A stretch of DNA of 64,000 bases from Eledone cirrhosa (lineage: Eukaryota), in NCBI GenBank assembly GCA_964016885.1, contig OZ024743.1, positions 227,602,001-227,666,000 on the forward strand, in the 5' to 3' direction. Made by a program: the position numbers and the translations under genes. Positions 56,601-64,000 of the stretch are shown here, one piece after another (the stretch's first letter is position 1; each line of letters begins with the position of its first letter). A model generated the notes under the pieces. The model saw only the letters and a list, made by a program, of their open reading frames with translations, was not told where the DNA came from and did not search any database.

Positions 56601-59600
56601 GTATTTTGTAGGGAAATAGATAGGTCTAGCATAGGCTGTCCACAATTCAAGATAGTCAGCTACACGGACCACTAATTCGTGATCTGTGTGCTTGACTTAG
56701 ATAGGCTTCATAGACGAGGACCCGGCTACTGGAAGCTAAACGCGTCCTTACCAGCGCGCAAGGCCTACAGAGACCGGATTAGCGAACTAGTTAAGCGGGC
56801 GTTGATAACAAGTGGTGGTTTGCTCTGAAAAGAGCGATTAGAATAGCAACGATTAGATTTAGTAAGTCTTTAGCAATAGAGAAAACTAGAGCAGAGGGAG
56901 AATTAGTTAGAAATTTAGACAAGGCGCTTAGCAAAGGCATTGCGACCGACGTGCTTGCGGCGAATTTGGCCCTTGACCAATTCTTCAATGCAAAGCACGA
57001 AGGCTGCGTTGTCAGAGCTAGGGTGTGTGCTCTCAGACACGAGGGGACGAAAGCCGTTCAATGGGCCCGAGTGGCGGAGGCGCGTCGTGGCAACAAAGTC
57101 ACGATCCGGTGTTTGGTGGACCACGACGGGCGCATGCTACTCGATCCCGGGAAAATGTGTGAAGCTTTTCAGCGACACTTCGCTCAGCTGTTCGGGGGCA
57201 GCGGTGGGCCGGGTCGAGGGATGGACTTTAGTGTCTACCTGGACGGACTGCCGCGGCTCTCGGCCACTGAGGCGGAGTGTTGCGAAAAGCCGATAACAGC
57301 CGCTGAAGTACGGGAGGCAATGACTGACTGCACAAGGGGTAAATCGCCTGGTTTGGATGGTCTGCCCTATGAACTTTACGTACAAATGCCAGACTTGTTA
57401 GGAGGCCTCTTGGCGGACGTCTACTGCAACTGGCAACAGAACGGGAGAATTCCCAGCTCTGTGAGCCGAGGAGCTGGGGCGCTGTTGAGAAAGGATCCGA
57501 ACAAGGGGGATAACATAGATAATTTTACGCCCATAACAGAGTTCAAGATTTTGGCCAAGGTGCTAGCAAAGAGATTGGCGCTTGTCATTGGTGGTCTGGT
57601 GGGAGAGGCGCAGACATGCGCCATTCCCGACAGATCCATCCACGACAACCTCCACCTCATGCGATACATCGTAGAGAGGGTAGCTCGGGAACCTGGCACG
57701 GGTGGGTCTTTGATCAATTTAGATCAGTCGAAAGCCTTCGATAGGGTCGACCATCGTTACCTAGCGGCAGTTTTGAGGGCGGCTGGCTTTGGGCCCGTCT
57801 TCAGAGACTGGATCACTGCCATGCACAGCGACATCTGCTCTGTAGTGAGAGTGAACGGTCACCTTTCGGAACCGTTCAACATCATGCGCTCGGTCCGCCA
57901 AGGATGTCCCCTCTCGTCCCTATTGTACGTATTGACTCTCGAGCCATTACTGCACAAACTGGAGACGTTGAGGGGGGTCCCGCGCGAACTAGGATGCGGA
58001 AGATCCGTGTCAGCATATGCGGACGATATCACCGTAATGGTGTCGAACGCCAAACACATCGAAGCGATCGGCACTACACTAAGAGAATACGAAGCAGTGA
58101 CAGGAGCAATGATCAACCAGGAAAAGTCAGTGGGCCTGCAGCTCGGCACCTGGAGAGGCAGGTCCATGCCATCCAACAGCGTCGTCGGGCGCTGGACGGA
58201 CGGACCGGTTAAATTGCTAGGGGTCTGGTTCGGTCCAGACCTCCAGACGGACAAAAACTGGGACGAGGTGACGAGCAGGGTGGCTTTTCTCACCCAGAAA
58301 TGGACGGAGAGGAAGCTATCCCTGAAAGGTCGAGCGGAGGTAGCTAACGCGTACATCGCGTCCGTGATCTACTACCGCCTGACCGTCGTACCTTGTCCTA
58401 AGCCCCGCCTGACTGCGCTGTAGCGTTTGCTCTTTCGCTTTTTGTGGAAGGGACGCGCTCCGATGGTCAGGCGGTCCATCTGCTGTCAACACCCGCTACG
58501 TGGAGGGCTGGGAATGCCGTGGCTGATGATGCGCAGACACGCGCTCAGGCTACTACATCTCCACCTCTTCCTCGACGGTGATCAGGTGTGGTCGCCCTTT
58601 GCTAGACACTTCTTTCCCCAGCTCGTTTCCTTGACGGAGCTGCAGCCCTGGGTCAAGCGAAGACCGAGAGGGAGCGCTTGGACACTGGAATGTCTTCAGG
58701 TGCTCACAGCCCTCGACCAATCGGGCAATGTGATCGGTGGAAACTCCACCTCGGCGTTCTATAGAGGATTAGTGGAGGGGAAGAGCGACGACGTACTTGG
58801 GGAAACTCTAGGGGTCGACGAAAATCAACTAGCCAATCTCTTCGGAAGAACTTTCGGGCCAGGGCCTATGGACAACTTCCAGAAATCTCTGGCCTGGCAG
58901 TGCTACAGAGGAGCTTTGCCAGTTCGGGATAAACTCTACAGGCATGGAGGTGCCGTCAGCCGCGCATATCCGAGATGCGCACAGGGCGACGAAACCGTCC
59001 TGCGCGCACTCGTCCAGTGTCCGAACATTGCTGACTTGTGGGTTTATGTCGAACACCTGCTGTCGTGTTTAGGACGGATCCGTCTATCATCTGAGTCCAT
59101 CGTGAGGATTGCCCCGCCCTCCTCCTTTAGTCGGGAAGGGCATGCACTTTTTATCTGTCTGGTGGCCATGGCGAAATAGATAGTATGGTGGACACGTTTG
59201 AAAGGGCTGAAGACGAGCACTTACCTCTTCGGTGATGCTCTGATTGACTTTTTCAAATTTCATTTGAAAAGGAAAATCAGAGTAGAGAGGGAATTGCTCT
59301 CTTCCCAGCATTTTGTTGAAAGATGGGTGAGAGAAGCAAGAATGGCCCGAGTGAATGGGCCTACTCTGAGTATATATCTGTAAATTAAAGGTGGAAAACT
59401 GGGAGAGGGCACTTGCCTTGGTGGTCAGGGTCATTGTGGCTTTTTACTGGGCTTTCTCCACAAATGTCCCTCCGAAGTCTCCCCCCTATTGGGGAATTTT
59501 TCATTGTTATTTTTTGTTACACCCTGTTTTTTTGTTTTTTACACGCAGAAATGCCCATTTGTACCGTCCTGTATTGTCCTGTACTGTCCTTCATGTATAC

Positions 59601-59632
59601 TTTATGTAAACCCTTGTGGTTAATAAAGAAAA

Positions 59633-59681
<49 letters not shown>
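53627..59681 (+). mobile_element. Tx1-like LINE copy 13: full-length (TTA)n-tailed subfamily, disrupted ORFs
   Basis: ORF1 53842-55961, ORF2 55997-59383 with frameshifts and stops (GDWN, YADD), AATAAAGAAAAC then (ATT)n 59634-59681. Confidence 0.94.
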
Positions 59682-62600
59682 GGCGACCTACGTAGTACAT
59701 CGTATCATCGTGAGCTCCGCAAAGGTTTGTTATTTCCGTTTGTTAAAAATTGCAATTCATGGAAAATTTTTATTGTTAACCATATATAAGCACACATACA
59801 TTGTTTTCCGAAAAGGACACCCCAAAAGATTGGGGCCTTGTGCCCAAAATTTAAACCTTTATTATTATCAAAAAATTTCTTTGAAAAAAAAATGGCTAAT
59901 TCACCTCTGCACCAAGCACCTGAAAGCCTTCCTCACAAATTACCACCTCACACCGACACCACCATTGTAAATGTTACTACGTTTGCCAACACAAAAAAAA
60001 ATATAAGCAGTAGCAATATTTTAAATTTGTCTAAGGCAGACATTCATTTCCCGCCATTACCAATGACTGCAGGTGTTGAAGCCTCCACCACCACCACCAC
60101 CGCGACAACCCCCACCCCACCACCACCGCGACAACAGAAACAAAAGAAGAAAAAAATAAATTAACTCGTGATGTCGAAATGAAATCAAGCAAAATGGACT
60201 CTTCCCCACCAAAGACGACTGACGTCACCACCACCACAACTGAAACTAAAATTAATATTAACGATAGCAACAACAACAACAATGACATTACAAAACCCCC
60301 CCTCAGTTTCGCCAGAGTAGCAAAACAGTTCGAAGCATTTACGGTAACTCAGGAGGATTTAGAAAATGCCAAACAAATGGTATAGAAAGATGGGTACAGG
60401 GTCAGCCTCACCCCCCCCCCCCCCCCCCACCTAATAAAATGGAGCATCGGCGCCTATGCACCGTGTCGTATAGAACAATAAATGTAAAATCGCGCCGAGT
60501 GGAACGGGCATCCGAGTCCCAAATCCAAAAAGCTTTGGGACATGTGTGGGCAAGAAAAACCCACATCAGACGTGGGCAAAAATATGGAACCGTGGACGTG
60601 TTCTTTGAAACATAAGAGGAGGCTAGAGAACACTCCATGGCCCCATTAAAAAGTGACGACTTCACACTCGTCCCAAGCTATTGTGGCCAGAGACTCGTAA
60701 AGATCAGGGTGACCCACGTTCCACCGGCCATCGAAATTCCCTGGCTAATAGCGGCTGTCCTCGCCGGCATCGAAGCCAACACGAAAATAATAGCAATAGC
60801 AAATGAAAAGCAGGAGAACTGGTCCGGATCTGGGCTGGAGCTCCTGATCCAAGCGGACCAAAAAAGCATTGAGGAGATCCCAGAGGTAATAGACCTCACT
60901 GACGGCAGCCACCTCACGGTAATTGTCGAGGGCAGAAGACCTAGGTGTGTCGTTTGTGGTGAAGGAACCCACCTAAGGGCTTTCTGCCCTCAGGTTAAAA
61001 GGTTGAGGCCACCTCTCCTACCCACCCCAGTGACACAACCATCAACACCACCAGTAGCAGAGATGGCAGCAACAACTGTAGCAGCAACAACAGAAGCAAC
61101 TATAACAGCAACAACCCCAGCAACAGTAGCAAAACCAACACCACCACCACCACCAGCAAAACCAACACCACCACCACCCAACGCTTCAGAACTAGCACCA
61201 GCGCCTACACCATCCACCACGCCACAACCAAAACTAACACCTGTGGAGGATTTTCCACTCCCCGGCCTATCACAACTGGAGACAGATTGTGACGACGAGG
61301 AGTGGGAAACGATATCCGGAAAAAAAAAAGAAACCAAAAAAGAAAAAATTCTCTTCCTTCCCCCTCCAAAAACAAAATACAGAGGGAAACAAATAAACTA
61401 AGAAACAAAAAAGTTTGGACAGATATGCCACCATCCACACCAGCATCACCAACCCCATCAACCCAAACACCAACACCATCACCATCATTAACTCCAACAC
61501 CACCATCACCTACACCACAAAAGTCACCAAAATGCGAAACAGAAACAAACCCACAACAAACGCAAACAAATCAAAACAACCAAAACGATACACACTACAC
61601 AGCATTAAATTTGAACAACAAGCAATTATTACACTACATCCAACACAACACCAACATCACAGAAAAAGACTACACAACAACCCCAAAATTCACACCACCT
61701 CCACACATACAAAGCACTCGCATCACACAGAAAACGTACATGACACTAAAACAAAAATTCCCCTAAGACATCGGAGACTTCCGACAAGCACGCTCCAGGA
61801 GGATTTATAAGGACATCCTTCCTGAGGAGGCCACAAGCAGTGAAAAGGATGGAAAAACCGTCCTTCCCCTACGAGAAGTAAGGTAAGTGGTCTTTCCCAT
61901 CTTTTCCACTCCTTTTCAACATGACCTCACTCAGAATAGGCAACATAAATGCGCGTGGCTTGGGGTCGTCATGGAAGCAGGGCCACCTGCTCAACGACCT
62001 CAGGTCACTAAACATAGATGTAGTGGCCATCAGCGAGACCAGAATCTCCGAAGCACAGGCTTTCGCACCGATCTTCGGCGGCTACGATGTGTACGCATCT
62101 CCCAGGCGTCCGGGATCGGGGGGAGGAGTTGCTGTGCTTTTTCGGAGAGGTTTGGATCTTGCCATACGGGCCATCTTCCTGGACCCAGAAGGTAAGTTGG
62201 TGGTGCTGGACGTGACCAGCGGAGACGGGCAAGCTTTCAGGTTAGTGGCCGTCTATGCCCCGACAGGAGCAGGGCGGCCTGATTTCTTCCGGCGTCTGGA
62301 GACCTTTCTTGGAACGTCCCGCTCTTTAGTGTTAGTGGGCGACTGGAACGGGATCTTAGATGCACGCTGGGATTGTGTGGGATTAGTGGATAGGGAAGGA
62401 GGGTGCAAGAGTCTCACCAACCTGCTCAGACGTTTTGAACTGTCTGACAGGTACCGAATGGATTTCCCGAATGTACCAATGTGGACTTGGACAAATCGCA
62501 TAGGGTCATCCAGATCATATCTAGATAGAGTATTTTGTAGGGAAATAGATAGGTCTAGCATAGGCTGTCCACAATTCAAGATAGTCAGCTACACGGACCA

Positions 62601-64000
62601 CAAATTCGTGATCTGTGTGCTTGACTTAGATAGGCTTATTAGACGAGGACCCGGCTACTGGAAGCTAAACGCGTCCTTACCAGCGCGCAAGGCCTACAGA
62701 GACCGGATTAGCGAACTAGTTAAGCGGGCGTTGATAACAAGTGGTGGTTTGCTCTGAAAAGAGCGATTAGAATAGCAACGATTAGGTTTAGTAAGTCTTT
62801 AGCAATAGAGAAAAATAGAGCAGAGGGAGAATTAGTTAGAAATTTAGACAAGGCGCTTAGCAAAGGCATTGCGACCGACGTGCTTGCGGCGAATTTGGCC
62901 CTTGACCAATTCTTCAATGCAAAGCACGAAGGCTGCGTTGTCAGAGCTAGGGTGTGTGCTCTCAGACACGAGGGGACGAAAGCCGTTCAATGGGCCCGAG
63001 TGGAGGAGGCGCGTCGTGGCAACAAAGTCACGATCCGGTGTTTGGTGGACCACGACGGGCGCATGCTACTCGATCCCGGGAAAATGTGTGAAGCTTTTCA
63101 GCGACACTTCGCTCAGCTGTTCGGGGGCAGCGGTGGGCCGGGTCGAGGGATGGACTTTAGTGTTTACCTGGACGGACTGCCGCGGCTCTCGGCCACTGAG
63201 GCGGAGTGTTGCGAAAAGCCGATAACAGCCGCTGAAGTACGGGAGGCAATGACTGACTGCACAAGGGGTAAATCGCCTGGTTAGGATGGTCTGCCCTATG
63301 AACTTTACGTACAAATGCCAGACTTGTTAGGAGGCCTCTTGGCGGACGTCTACTGCAACTGGCAACAGAGCGGGAGAATTCCCAGCTCTGTGAGCCGAGG
63401 AGCTGGGGCGCTGTTGAGAAAGGATCCGAACAAGGGGGATAACATAGATAATTTTACGCCCATAACAGAGTTCAAGATTTTGGCCAAGGTGCTAGCAAAG
63501 AGATTGGCGCTTGTCGTTGGTGGTCTGGTGGGAGAGGCGCAGACATGCGCCATTCCCGACAGATCCATCCACGACAACCTCCACCTCATGCGATACATCG
63601 TAGAGAGGGTAGCTCGGGAACCTGGCACGGGTGGGTCTTTGATCAATTTAGATCAGTCGAAAGCCTTCGATAGGGTCGACCATCGTTACCTAGCGGCAGT
63701 TTTGAGGGCGGCTGGCTTTGGGCCCGTCTTCAGAGACTGGATCACTGCCATGCACAGCGACATCTGCTCTGTAGTGAGAGTGAACGGTCACCTTTCGGAA
63801 CCGTTCAACATCATGCGCTCGGTCCGCCAAGGATGTCCCCTCTCGTCCCTATTGTACGTATTGACTCTCGAGCCATTACTGCACAAACTGGAGACGTTGA
63901 GGCGGGTCCCGCGCGAACTAGGATGCGGAAGATCCGTGTCAGCATATGCGGACGATATCACCGTAATGGTGTCGAACGCCAAACACATCGAAGCGATCGG
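59682..64000 (+). mobile_element. Tx1-like LINE copy 14: 5'-complete, runs off the window
   Basis: Begins in the (TTA)n tail of copy 13. ORF1 59892-61886 (CVVCGEGTHLRAFC). ORF2 from 61921, with YADD near 63945. Confidence 0.94.

Overview
Repeat-dominated animal genomic DNA with no confidently identifiable host gene. The AT-rich, microsatellite-dense background and the abundant tRNA-derived SINE suggest an octopus/coleoid cephalopod (inference). The window is dominated by about 14 copies of Tx1-like (L1-clade) non-LTR retrotransposons, with ORF1 (RRM-like region + CCHC knuckle) and ORF2 (APE endonuclease + RT + C-terminal zinc finger). Minus-strand copies (6.7-11.4 kb and a 23-kb head-to-tail stack at 19.7-42.5 kb) end in (TATC)n, and most also begin in it. 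Plus-strand copies (53.6-64 kb) start and end in (TTA)n. One ORF2 (20065-23502) is intact. The most striking observation is a conserved splice-signal architecture across divergent subfamilies. All five 5' UTRs contain a 66-69-nt GT..AG segment. All five retained ORF1 stops read NG|GTAAGT, a canonical donor overlapping TAA. Most ORF2 stops read TAG|G. This suggests ORF2 lies inside an intron and an ORF1-only mRNA is made by splicing (inference, needs RNA-seq). The flanks hold many SINEs, two R4/Dong-like RT fragments, and several direct/inverted repeats with minimal hammerhead-ribozyme motifs typical of Penelope-like element termini.
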